Virus record (IMG/VR): IMGVR_UViG_2609460059_000007
Strand: one strand, 5' to 3'
Origin: a virus
Taxonomy: Duplodnaviria; Heunggongvirae; Uroviricota; Caudoviricetes
DNA: 21,966 bases
In this document: positions 8,776 through 18,400 of the stretch, piece by piece
How the letters are laid out: each line of letters begins with the position of its first letter
Numbering within the stretch: position 1 is the first letter of the stretch
Position numbers and translations under genes: made by a program
Notes under the pieces: generated by a model
Database searches by the model: none
What the model was told of the DNA's origin: nothing
The model's input: the letters and a program-made list of their open reading frames with translations, nothing else

Positions 8776-8924
8776 ACACCTTTTCCCTGGCTGGCCTGAG
8801 AGCGCATGAGTGCATGTCTATAGCGCATGAAAACGCATGAACCTTATGCACCATTTTTGACGAGAAAGCCCTTGTGTGGTGGCTTCTGAGACGATTTATG
8901 AGGTGCATGAAAACCAGTCTGTTA

Positions 8925-8955
8925 AGCGAAGCGGGCAGGCGTGCGGGGCTGTTCG
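8925..8955. other. Candidate cos region (GC-rich patch resembling P2/186-type cohesive end)
   Basis: GGCGTGCGGGGCT at 8938-8950 resembles the P2-family cohesive-end core GGCGAGGCGGGG / GGCGTGGCGGGG as I recall it; it lies after the psu-delta module where P4 has cos. Imperfect match; not verified. Confidence 0.3.
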
Positions 8956-9147
8956 CATCAACATAAAAATAACGGGCTGATATAGTTATAAAATCAAATG
9001 AACTCTTTTAGTACGACATGGGTATGTGCGCCAGTAGCAACGTCAGCCCCCAAGCTTTCTATTGTTCTTTTCTGTTGTACCATCAATACGTACCGATTAG
9101 CTCCTAAGCATCAATATCAGTTTGAACGTATTGCTTTGAACTAATTT

Positions 9148-9186
9148 TTAGATGATTTTTTTCATTAAAAAATTATAATGTTGTAG
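9148..9186 (+). promoter_or_regulatory. Candidate sigma70 promoter for the cargo operon
   Basis: Perfect -10 hexamer TATAAT at 9174-9179, weak -35 (TTAGAT, 9148-9153), in an AT-rich leader 35 bp upstream of the ATG at 9214. Confidence 0.4.
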
Positions 9187-9213
9187 ATAAAAAGAGAATC
9201 TTATAGAGGCGTT

Positions 9214-10062
9214 ATGTCAAATAAAGTTGATGTTTTTTTGAGCCGAGTTAGCCATGTATCACAGTTTGTATTGGTGGCATTTGCTATTTTTGGATATTTT
9301 TATACAGTAAGACCAATTTACCAAAAGGAACTTTTATCAGAAGAAATTGCAAAAAAAGAAGTTGAATTAAATAAATTAAAAACTGCAATGGAAAACTCCC
9401 AAAAATTTATAGAGAATAATAAAATCTTACGAAAAGAATTGGAGGGAAGCATTGCCAAACTTGATTTACAATACAAAGAATCAGAAGAAAAATTAAATTC
9501 AATAAATTCTGAACTAAGAAAAACTTTAAATGAACTAAATAAACAAAAGACCATTGCCAAAAGAGCGGTCAATGCAAACAACAAGAATCTTGAATCTGTT
9601 TTCTGGGAGAATTTTTCGGGGCTAGTTGGAGTAGTTTATATTTCTAAGAGCACAGATTTTGTGAACAATACACTGGGTGACGCCAAAACAGCCTATAATA
9701 CTCCTAGTAATTTATATATATCTCCTTATGATGCAATTAATGAAGCATTAAAAAATGGCAATCATAACTTTATCTCAAGTTCAGAAAATGTCCCTGAAAA
9801 TATCCGCAACAAAATTCTAGCAAAGATCCGTCGCGCTATTGAAAAAAATAAGATTTCATTAACAAAAAAACCTATCGGTTTTGATGAAAAAATTAATAGT
9901 CTGATAAAAACTATAGAGTCAACTAAGTTACGCAAAAATGAAAACGAAATAATGAAAAATAACACTGCAGAAAGAGAACTATCATCTTATATTTTCCTGA
10001 TAAATGGTCAATCAAGAATCCGCGCCATGGATTTCTTAAAAGACATTCAACATTTAGACTAA
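9214..10062 (+). CDS. Hypothetical membrane-anchored coiled-coil protein (cargo gene A of satellite hotspot)
   Basis: 282-aa ORF, strongly AT-rich; AGAGG Shine-Dalgarno; short N-terminal tail, one hydrophobic helix (VSQFVLVAFAIFGYFYTV), then a K/E-rich heptad-like region; no recognisable catalytic motif. Confidence 0.7.
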   Translation: MSNKVDVFLSRVSHVSQFVLVAFAIFGYFYTVRPIYQKELLSEEIAKKEVELNKLKTAMENSQKFIENNKILRKELEGSIAKLDLQYKESEEKLNSINSELRKTLNELNKQKTIAKRAVNANNKNLESVFWENFSGLVGVVYISKSTDFVNNTLGDAKTAYNTPSNLYISPYDAINEALKNGNHNFISSSENVPENIRNKILAKIRRAIEKNKISLTKKPIGFDEKINSLIKTIESTKLRKNENEIMKNNTAERELSSYIFLINGQSRIRAMDFLKDIQHLD

Positions 10063-10078
10063 TATTGGATATCTTATA

Positions 10079-10783
10079 ATGAATACTAATACTAAATTTG
10101 ATTTATGGTTGATTAGAGTAAGTTACATTGCCCAAGTTGGATTGTTTTTTTTGACAACCTTTACAATATTTTACACAGTAATTCCGATATACCAAAATGC
10201 AAATCTGCAGGAATCAATAGCAAAAAAAGAAATCGAATATAAACAATTACAAGACAAAGAAAAAACTCTATATTTAAAGTTAAGAAAGGAATATTCAAGA
10301 AAATATGTTGTTGATGCAATCTCCCAATGTTCTCCAACAGAAATACTTATGCGTCAACCATCTGAAGATGACAGTAAAAAATCACATGATGTAAGAATGA
10401 AGGAATTAAAAACATTTTTAAACAAAGATATAACCAGTTGCTTTGAAAAAACTTTTTATAGCAACCCTTACATTAAGGAATTAAGAGACACTGATCAACA
10501 AAATATTCTTCTTAAAATTAAAAATTTATCCCCCTCTATAACTAAACTACATGAAAAATATAAAGCAGAATTTGATGACGATAGCAAGTTATTGAATACT
10601 GGAAAAGAAAAATCGACAAGATTAAAAGAGGTGGAAGATTATTTAATAGGAATAGGAGGTTACACAGAAAACAGCAAAAAGGATTTTGAAAACTCATACA
10701 TAGAATCTGGAGCATATGACTTGGTTGTAAGGTATGGTTTTGAAGTCAACGATCTATTTTCCAAAACCATCAGAGACAATTAA
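10079..10783 (+). CDS. Hypothetical membrane-anchored protein, N-terminal paralog of cargo gene A (cargo gene B)
   Basis: 234-aa ORF 16 bp after gene A; N-terminus (IRVSYIAQVGLFFLTTFTIFYTVIPIYQNANLQESIAKKEIEYKQL) parallels gene A (SRVSHVSQFVLVAFAIFGYFYTVRPIYQKELLSEEIAKKEVELNKL) at protein and DNA level; C-terminal halves unrelated. Confidence 0.7.
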   Translation: MNTNTKFDLWLIRVSYIAQVGLFFLTTFTIFYTVIPIYQNANLQESIAKKEIEYKQLQDKEKTLYLKLRKEYSRKYVVDAISQCSPTEILMRQPSEDDSKKSHDVRMKELKTFLNKDITSCFEKTFYSNPYIKELRDTDQQNILLKIKNLSPSITKLHEKYKAEFDDDSKLLNTGKEKSTRLKEVEDYLIGIGGYTENSKKDFENSYIESGAYDLVVRYGFEVNDLFSKTIRDN

Positions 10784-10795
10784 TTAGGTGAACAA

Positions 10796-10823
10796 CCTCC
10801 TCTATTTTAATTAATAGAGGAGG
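10796..10823. terminator. 28-bp perfect palindrome (hairpin), probable terminator of the cargo operon
   Basis: CCTCCTCTATT-TTAATT-AATAGAGGAGG starting 13 bp after the gene B stop; no strong T-tract follows, so intrinsic-terminator assignment is tentative. Confidence 0.5.
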
Positions 10824-11392
10824 TGCTTAAATTATAAAAACATTTCAGGTTTGATTTAGATAACACGCAAATAAAAAACAAACTAATGAAATATATAAAT
10901 TAATTCTTAGGTATAAAATGTTACAATTAGAATATATTTAATTTTTAACTTTAAATCATGATAAATCTAAAAGTAAGCCCCCAAAAAACCTTCAAAACAC
11001 AATACGTCGTGTCTCAACCCCATGATATTTAGGGTTAAACCAAGTTATAGCGCTGACTGGTGAGCGGTTTGAAGTCATTCTGGTATACATAAAATGAAAA
11101 AATACATTGGGAGATATACCCCTGACTTACAGAGCTGGTAACGGTTACCAAGTCGCATTGTGTAATGCGTGGGGTGTAAAATTTTTTGGGTATTTTTTAT
11201 CCAGTAGCAGGTTAGCCCGCCCCCCCTGCTCCTAACGTTCTTTCATTCCTCTTTTCATCATTTTTAGAACGATATAAACAGATGGATCTCTATGGTTTTA
11301 ATGAGTCGATTTTATCGTCTGATGGTATCCATGATGGTACCTAAGAGAGAAAATAAAAAATAATACTTAAAAAACATGAAATTATAAATACT

Positions 11393-11415
11393 TTCGATTC
11401 CTGCAGGGGACACCA
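11393..11415 (+). other. attR-like direct repeat: 23-bp 3-prime end of a tRNA (T-loop through CCA), matching tRNA-Arg(CCU)/argW from memory
   Basis: TTCGATTCCTGCAGGGGACACCA contains the T-loop consensus TTCGATT, the 3-prime T-stem strand, acceptor strand and terminal CCA, but the 5-prime two thirds of a tRNA are absent (upstream is AT-rich non-tRNA sequence). Confidence 0.7.
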
Positions 11416-11852
11416 TCTATCATCCCCCTCGCAATAACCCACTTACAATCAGTGAGTTATCTTAAAATCCTTAGTATAGTCAACCAGTACTTCGATATGT
11501 GAACGCAAATCATCATGCATTCGTGAACTTAACTGGAAACCTCCCCCATTCGATGTCAAAATGACTACCCCAATAAGTTGCCAATAATCAGGCTAATCAA
11601 TACGGGTCAGTCTTGCTGGTCAGTGACCATAAAAATGTCACCTCATATTAGACACAGCAAATAATTGTGTCGATTAAACATACTACCTTCAGCATAACCG
11701 TTCCTGAAAAATTATTATATTCAGTAATCTGAATAAATTACTGGCCTGCTATTTTTCTTAGCAACCATATTTAGCAGCAAGCCAGCAAATCTGAATGATT
11801 ACAGATGCTGGCCTGCTGAATCTCCCTTCTGGAAATCGTCAGAATCTAGTGA

Positions 11853-12383
11853 TTACTTACTTTGTTCTGGTTTCTCTTCATTCTTATTGTGCACTTCCAC
11901 TTTGGGTAACTGATTAAAAACCAGATTTTCTTTTTCAACCAGAGCCATGACTTCTTTGGTGATATCAGCTGACTCGTTATGCGCAAGCACAACACCTGAA
12001 GACAATACAGCAATATTTTTAGGATTGTCTTTTCTCCATGTACCTATGGCATTATCTATCGCACGGGATAACACCATTTTTGCGCTATTTTCCTCAATAA
12101 CATATTGTCGCTCCAGTTTTTGTCTGGCATCAAGAAGCAGCGCCTCTTTATTCGCGTTATCTGCGAATGCTTTTTGCGCATCCTCATAGCCTTTTTCAAG
12201 AATACTCTTAACCTCATTCAGATGCTTTCTGACCATGTCTCCGGCGGCAGACTGATTATAAATAGCATCGATATTAACAACTGCAATTTCTTTTGACTTT
12301 TTCATATAAAAAACACCAGTAAGTACAATCAGCAACAGCAGCACTACTGCATTAACAACAGAAAATTTCATTACAGAACTCAT
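11853..12383 (-). CDS. Skp/OmpH-family periplasmic chaperone-like protein
   Basis: 176-aa ORF; hydrophobic N-terminal signal/anchor then IAVVNIDAIYNQ and C-terminal VLSSGVVLAHNESADITKEVMALV, paralleling E. coli Skp (IAIVNMGSLF...[25 protein letters not shown]) from memory. Confidence 0.65.
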   Translation of the reverse strand: MSSVMKFSVVNAVVLLLLIVLTGVFYMKKSKEIAVVNIDAIYNQSAAGDMVRKHLNEVKSILEKGYEDAQKAFADNANKEALLLDARQKLERQYVIEENSAKMVLSRAIDNAIGTWRKDNPKNIAVLSSGVVLAHNESADITKEVMALVEKENLVFNQLPKVEVHNKNEEKPEQSK

Positions 12384-12400
12384 TATGACAACCCTGAGGT

Positions 12401-12421
12401 GGCAGGAGGTCCCCTCCTGCC
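12401..12421. other. GC-rich hairpin between autotransporter and skp-like gene
   Basis: GGCAGGAGG-TCC-CCTCCTGCC perfect 9-bp stem; no T-tract, so more likely an mRNA stability/partial termination element than a full terminator. Confidence 0.4.
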
Positions 12422-12430
12422 ACTGTGTGA

Positions 12431-15400
12431 TTAGAATATATATTTAATACCCAGCATTGCCTGGGCATCACTGTACCCTTTATCGCCAGCCTGAACACCA
12501 ACATTGCCCCAGACATTCAGGTTATCTGACAATTTACCCTGAACACCCGTTTTGACTTCAGCAATATTTGTAGCTCCGTCCTGACTGAGTGCCGTATTAT
12601 CCATTTTGACACCCCAGCTCCGTGTATTATGGATCCAGTTAACTTCCACAAATGGCTCAAACTGATGCGCCTTATTATCATCAGACGCACTCTTACCTTT
12701 CAGGTAAGTTCTGACGCCCAGACGACTCTGGATATTACCGTCTCCGCTGAGCTGAACTTTCGTGCCATTCTTCTCCGTATGCTCACTGGCTCTTACATTC
12801 ATCCACGTGATCTGGGACTGCGGCTGAATATACCAGTCATAGTGACTACCCTGGCTACCGGTAAATTCGCCGGCTTTAAAGGTATAACCCGCTTCCACTG
12901 AACCGGTAAATCCACGGGATTTCCAGGACTCCGCAGCCAGTTTTTCACCATTAACGGTATTATTAAACCATCCGTACTGGATCCAGGTATCGACATAAGC
13001 CCCGTTGTCATTACCGTCATTCTGCTGCCACGTTCCGTATAAACCGGTGCTGTATCCATTGATCGCACCTTTAGATTTATATCCCGAAAGCGAGGATGTC
13101 GTGGAACTCTTCTCATTTCCATAACCGGCCATAATCCCCAGTTGCAGACGGTCCTGACCGTCAGTCCATTGCGCAATGCTGCCACCCAGTTGCACAACAT
13201 AACGGTTACTTTGCGTATTCAGCTGTGAACTGCTGTCCTTCCAGCGATTATGACCGCCGATATGACGCATCCACATACTTGTTGCTTTCTTCTCACCAGT
13301 AAACACATCGGTATAGTAAGTTTCCCCCTCACGATCGTGCATTCTGATGTTGAACAGCGTGTTGGCTGCCGCTATGTTCGCAATATAAGAGCCCGCTTCC
13401 GGACGATAGACCTTCTGTACAGGTTTATCCGGCGTGGGGTGTGGCTGTGGCTGCGGTTGTGGCTGCGGCTGCGGTTGTGGCTGCGGCTGCGGTTGTGGCT
13501 GCGGTTGTGGTTCTGGCGGCAATTCAGAACGCAGATACCAGTTACCGTCAGTACCACCCGCATTACCTTTATGCAGGAAATATTCCCACGCCCCTGCCAC
13601 CGCACGGTTCTGCAGTCTGAAGTTACCGTCAGACTGCCCACCGACATGCACAATCTCAATGCCGTCAGCGGTCTGAGCCCCCTGGCCCCGGACATTATTC
13701 ACCACCACGCCGGTATCACCGGAGGTGTTACCCGTGACAATCAGTTTGTCAGTGGTAGAAGTATCATCCCCCAGCACGGTATTGATAATTAACGTACCGC
13801 CACCGGTGTAATCGCCATTTACGGTCAGGGTATTTCCTGTCTTACCACCGGCCAGACGAATGACGCCGGTATTGGTCAGTGAGCCAACGGTAAAATTGCC
13901 CACCTCTGCCGTTTCATAACCTGAGAGAGCATTCAGTGATGCCAGTGTTCCCTGGTTATTAACCTGACCCGAAACGGTCCCCAGCCCACTCAGTGTGCCG
14001 CCATTAAGAACATGAATGTTTTTGGATCCTGACAACGTCGCGCCAGCGGCACGGGTGACTGAATCATCACCGACAATCAGAACGCCACTCTCAACCGTGG
14101 TATCACCGGTATAAGTCAGCTCATGATTAATGATCAGATTACCCGCCCCCTGTTTCACCAGAGCGCCGGAGCCAGTAATATCATTCTTCAGTAACCAGTT
14201 TCCACTGGCGGTAAGCCAGGTGACACCATCACTGTCAATCAGCCCGGTGCCCAGGTGTTTTTCATCTGAAGCCCGCAGAGCAGCATCTTTCTGCACACGG
14301 AATTCACCGCTGAAATTACTGTTATCCCCGGAAAGCGTCAGATCAGTGGTGTTCAGTATACCCACTGAACCTTCTCCGGAAAGCGATTTACTCAGGTTAC
14401 TGCTGACTCCGCTACCGTCGGCGATATCAATCGCCAGGCGATCATTAAGGCTTTCAAAGCTGATGGAGCCCTGGCTTCCCAGCCCCTGTGCGCCGTTCAT
14501 TTCAACCAGCGCCCCCTGGGTAAGGCTGGCATTACCGGTAAACCCGATATTGGTGCCATGTACCGTCAGATTGCTGCCCGTGACAGCCAGCGTTCCCTCA
14601 CCGGACAGCACGTTGTTTTCAATGATGCCACCATTATCATCCCCCGGCTGACGCTGCGTGCCGCTGACCGTTAGTACACTACCGCTATCAAGCTGAATGT
14701 GCGCTCCCGTTTCTGTCTGCAGTGCACCGACAGTCTGGCTGTATCCGTTTGTTCTGAAGACGGCATTGCTGGCGACGTTCAGATTACCTGTTGCGCCAAG
14801 TACATTATCATTTGCCATCTGTAATGTGCCGCTGCGCACCAGCGTATCCCCGGTGTAGTTATTACCGCCGTTAGACAGTGTGACAACCTGCCCCGCAGCT
14901 TCGATGGCCAGATCCCCTGCCCCCGTTAACTGTGCGCCAAGATCTGTCTGCAGTCCCTGGGCATTCGCTCTCGGTGTCAGCACCAGCGCTTTATCACCGG
15001 TTCCCTGTAAATCCAGCGACTTCAGCCCATAGCCTATGTACAGTCCGTCACCTTTAATACCGTCGGAGCTTCCCAGCAGCTTATAGTCATAATTTCCCTG
15101 AGCTACAACTTCACCGCCCTGAGTGACATCAAACGTCTGACTGTGAGAAATAGCCTGCCCGTTTTCATCCACCAGTTGCAGTTGCCCGCCAGTACCGGTG
15201 ACGGTACCCGCTGCATTCACCAGCGTGACCAGGGTCTGCGCATCATCCTGCTCCAGCAAATTCTTACGGGTATCAACAGCCGGAATATCATTAATCACTT
15301 CATCTGGCATGGTGACCTGAATTGTGCCTTTCCCCCGGATATCCAGCGTACCTGCAGCAGAGGTTTCAATACTGTTGCTGGCAATGGTATCGCCCGGCAT

Positions 15401-18400
15401 AACGGAACCAAAAATCAGCGTTCCGCCATTGAACCCAAGACCGCCAATCTGCTGAACACCGGAGCCAACCGTTGTGATATTCCCGGTTTCAGACATCAGC
15501 ATTGCATGGGTTAACCCGCTCGTATTCAGCCCTTCCAGAGCAAAGCTACTAGTACCCAGCTTCAGAGTTCCGGCAAATTGATCCCCGACGTTATGGCTGA
15601 ATTCAAAAGCAGATGTGTCGGCATCAAGACGGGCAGACAGTGTTCCTTTGCCTGTTAACAGTGGATCAAAGGTAAAGTTGCCTGCAACTGCGGGAATAAT
15701 GGCCAGTTCGCTGCCCGATTCAATATCGACGGAACCCGGACCGTTCCCCCCATCGGTCAGCACAAGAGCTTCCTTCAGAGTGACAAGTGAACTGTTCTTC
15801 AGCCCGACATGTTCGAAATTCTGTAGTTTTACAACAGAATCCAGCGTATGAATGGCGTTATCAAAAATCAGGGAATCAGAATCTCCCTGCCCGCCATCCA
15901 GCAGGTTCCAGGTTGCCCCTTCACCTTTAATGGTGAAGGTGTTCTTCCCGGTACCGGCAGTAACCTGATCAACATGAGTCTTACCATTGAGTGTTACATT
16001 ATTATTGCCATTTCCTGCAGTCACTTCTCCTGTCAGTGTGCTGCCATCATCAAATAAAAATGTATTGTTACCCTCTTTCGCACTGACGGTTCCGGTAATA
16101 CTGCCTTTATTGGTGAATGTGTTATCACCGCCGTTCAGAGCCACAACCCCCTGAATTTCAGCACCGCTGTCATTCAGTACGGTGGTATTCACGGCGTCAT
16201 CAAACGCCATTGCAGTCCCGGTGGTGGACGCAGCTTTAATCTGACCTTTATTGGTAAAGGATTGTGCTTTTGAAGCATCCACTACGGCATGACTCAGAGA
16301 AGCAGAGATGAGATTACCGCTCTGAACCACTTCACTGGCTGCATTGTTAACCACCAGAGCGGAACCGCCATCGGCCTGTATAACATTGACACTTGCACCA
16401 CTCTTCACGACAGCACCATCTTTAGTGTTGGCGAAAATACCCGTGCCGTCCGTACCCTTCAGGTTAATGACCAATCCAGCGGAGTCAGACATATCCAGGT
16501 TATTATCGGTTTCACTTCCGTCAGCTTTCTGGAACGCCAGTGCAATTCCACTGCCGTCTACATTAATAGTGCCGCTGTTGGTCTTGGCCAGGGAGGCAGA
16601 AGTACGTACACCAATGCCATCAGCCACATTAATTTCAGTCGTATTGGTTAACTGAATGCCTTCAATTTCTGCGCGGTTCTCAATCCCGTGACCGACCGCA
16701 CCTGCAGCATTAACATTGATTTTCGCACCATCAATAACCAGCCCCACAGCCCCTGTATCCAGCAGGATGCCATGCGCATTTTTCTGACCTTCGATCGTAC
16801 CCAAGCCACTCCCTGCCAGGTTCAGTGACGCGCCCGCCCCCAGCTTAATGGCAGCCTCACCATCCACAGCGACGATATCCCCTCCTGTGCTGGTAATCTG
16901 AGACTGTGCACCTTCAACAAATAATGCAACGCCATTGACCGCAATACGGCTTCCTGTATTTTCAAAGCGGCCGTTATCAACCCAGACGCCGATATTATCT
17001 GTACCGGTAGTGAAATCAATGTTGCCGTTGTTAATCAACAGTCCCTGATTACGCGTAATAAAGCCCTTGGCATTATTCAGCGGCGAAGAGATATCTGCCT
17101 CATTGGTAATAACCGAGCCAGTATTCGTTTGTGTAATACTGCCATCCAGAGCGTATTCATTTCCGTCAACTTCCGCGACAACAGCGCCATCCCCTACAAG
17201 GTTAACTGATGCCCCCTGTTTCAGCGTCGCTGTCGCACCACCAGTTACATATAATCCCTGAGCCTGAGCGCCCAGGATCTGGAAATCACTGCCAGCATCA
17301 GCCAGGACATTGCTCCCTTTCCCTGTGGCCCAGATACCACGGCTGCCTGTCCCGGAGGTTTTCATCAGCAGAGAGCCGGCCTGTTTTGCCCCATCTTCAA
17401 TACGGAAAAGTACAGAACGTTCCCCACTGGCATCCAGCAGAGTTCCCGGTGCAATATTCGTCTTAATGGTTGCACCATCTCCGATAATACGAAAAGCAAT
17501 CTGATCGGTAATACCAGAGCCGTCAGCAGCAAAGTTCGGTACTGCCGAACCATCAAGGTTAACAGTCCCTTTATTGCTGGCCTCAACGCCAATCGCCCCC
17601 TGTCCCTGCAAAGATATAGTACCCGCGGTCATATTAACCGTTGTTGTTGTACCAGATGCTTTTATACCCGTTGTACGGTTAGCATTATCTCCTCCCTTGA
17701 GAACGAGATTTCCCGAGTTATTAATCGTTGTAACATCTTGTGTGGCATTAGCAATTAGTCCCACACCACCATCCTGAACTGTAATATTTCCGCTGTTGGT
17801 ACCAACAGCCCCCTCCTCAACCCGGACGCCCACTGTATTCTTTCCAGTAAAGATGATATTACCGGTATTATTTAGAGTGGCCCCATTACGGGCGATATAC
17901 CCGGTCACTTTATCCTGGGTGGAACTTAACTGAGCCCCCGCCGTTAATAGTGTGGTCTTGTCCTTCGGATTAATGAGTTTGCCGGAAATATCATAGCCAT
18001 TGCCATCCGCAATACCGGCTATCGCACTGGCATTATCCATATTGATAATGGCATTACTTTCAATTGTGCCCTGCGCTCCCCCTTCAATTAAAGTCGCTGT
18101 AGCCCCCTCACCCGTCAGGTTGATGGTCATTCCTCCAGACGTTACTGTCGAGGCCACACCGCCATCCGATTTCCCCGTGGCAATAAGTGCATAAGAGTTC
18201 TTACCAGACGCCGTAAGTGCAGAAGAAGCATCTGCAGTTCCCTGGAATGTCGCACCACTGGCAATACGGAATAATGTTGAGTTTTCAGTGGACACATCCA
18301 TAACACCGCTTCCGGTATTATGAATGGCAGAGTCCTTTCCATAGACATAAAAGCCTATCTGATCGCTGCTGCCAAATAGCACTGCACCATTGCCTGACAG

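Larger units (their letters stand above)
1..11415 (+). mobile_element. Integrated P4-like phage satellite, from integrase start to attR-like tRNA fragment; attL and the target tRNA presumably lie just upstream of the window
   Basis: Gene order int / alpA / Arc-like repressor / Icd-like / primase (alpha-like) / iterons / sid-like / psu / ogr-delta / cargo / tRNA 3-prime fragment matches P4-family architecture; length about 11.4 kb is close to P4 itself. Left boundary cannot be seen in the window. Confidence 0.8.

Noticed and set aside
8711-8908. 65-aa minus-strand ORF in the ogr-cargo intergenic region
   Set aside because: Overlaps the terminator and the GCATGA repeat cluster; His/Arg-rich translation and no RBS; more likely non-coding regulatory or packaging DNA.
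9214-10783. Assigning the two cargo proteins to a named defense family (Kiwa, Zorya, Gabija, retron, restriction-modification, toxin-antitoxin)
   Set aside because: No matching motif or domain organisation that I can see; naming a family would be unsupported, so they are reported as uncharacterised candidates.
11393-11415. A complete tRNA gene at the island junction
   Set aside because: Only the 3-prime 23 nt (T-loop to CCA) are tRNA-like; the upstream 50 nt are AT-rich and cannot form D or anticodon arms, so this is an att-type partial duplication.
11947-12296. Plus-strand ORFs inside the skp-like gene
   Set aside because: Antisense to an ORF with a recognisable Skp/OmpH pattern; no independent support.
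13250-13792. Plus-strand ORFs (13250-13792 with RLWL repeats, 13434-13676 with GCGC repeats) and minus-strand ORF 13372-13695 with HNRSRS repeats
   Set aside because: All are alternative-frame readings of the (PQ)11 hexanucleotide repeat inside the autotransporter gene; low-complexity translations with no independent start signals.
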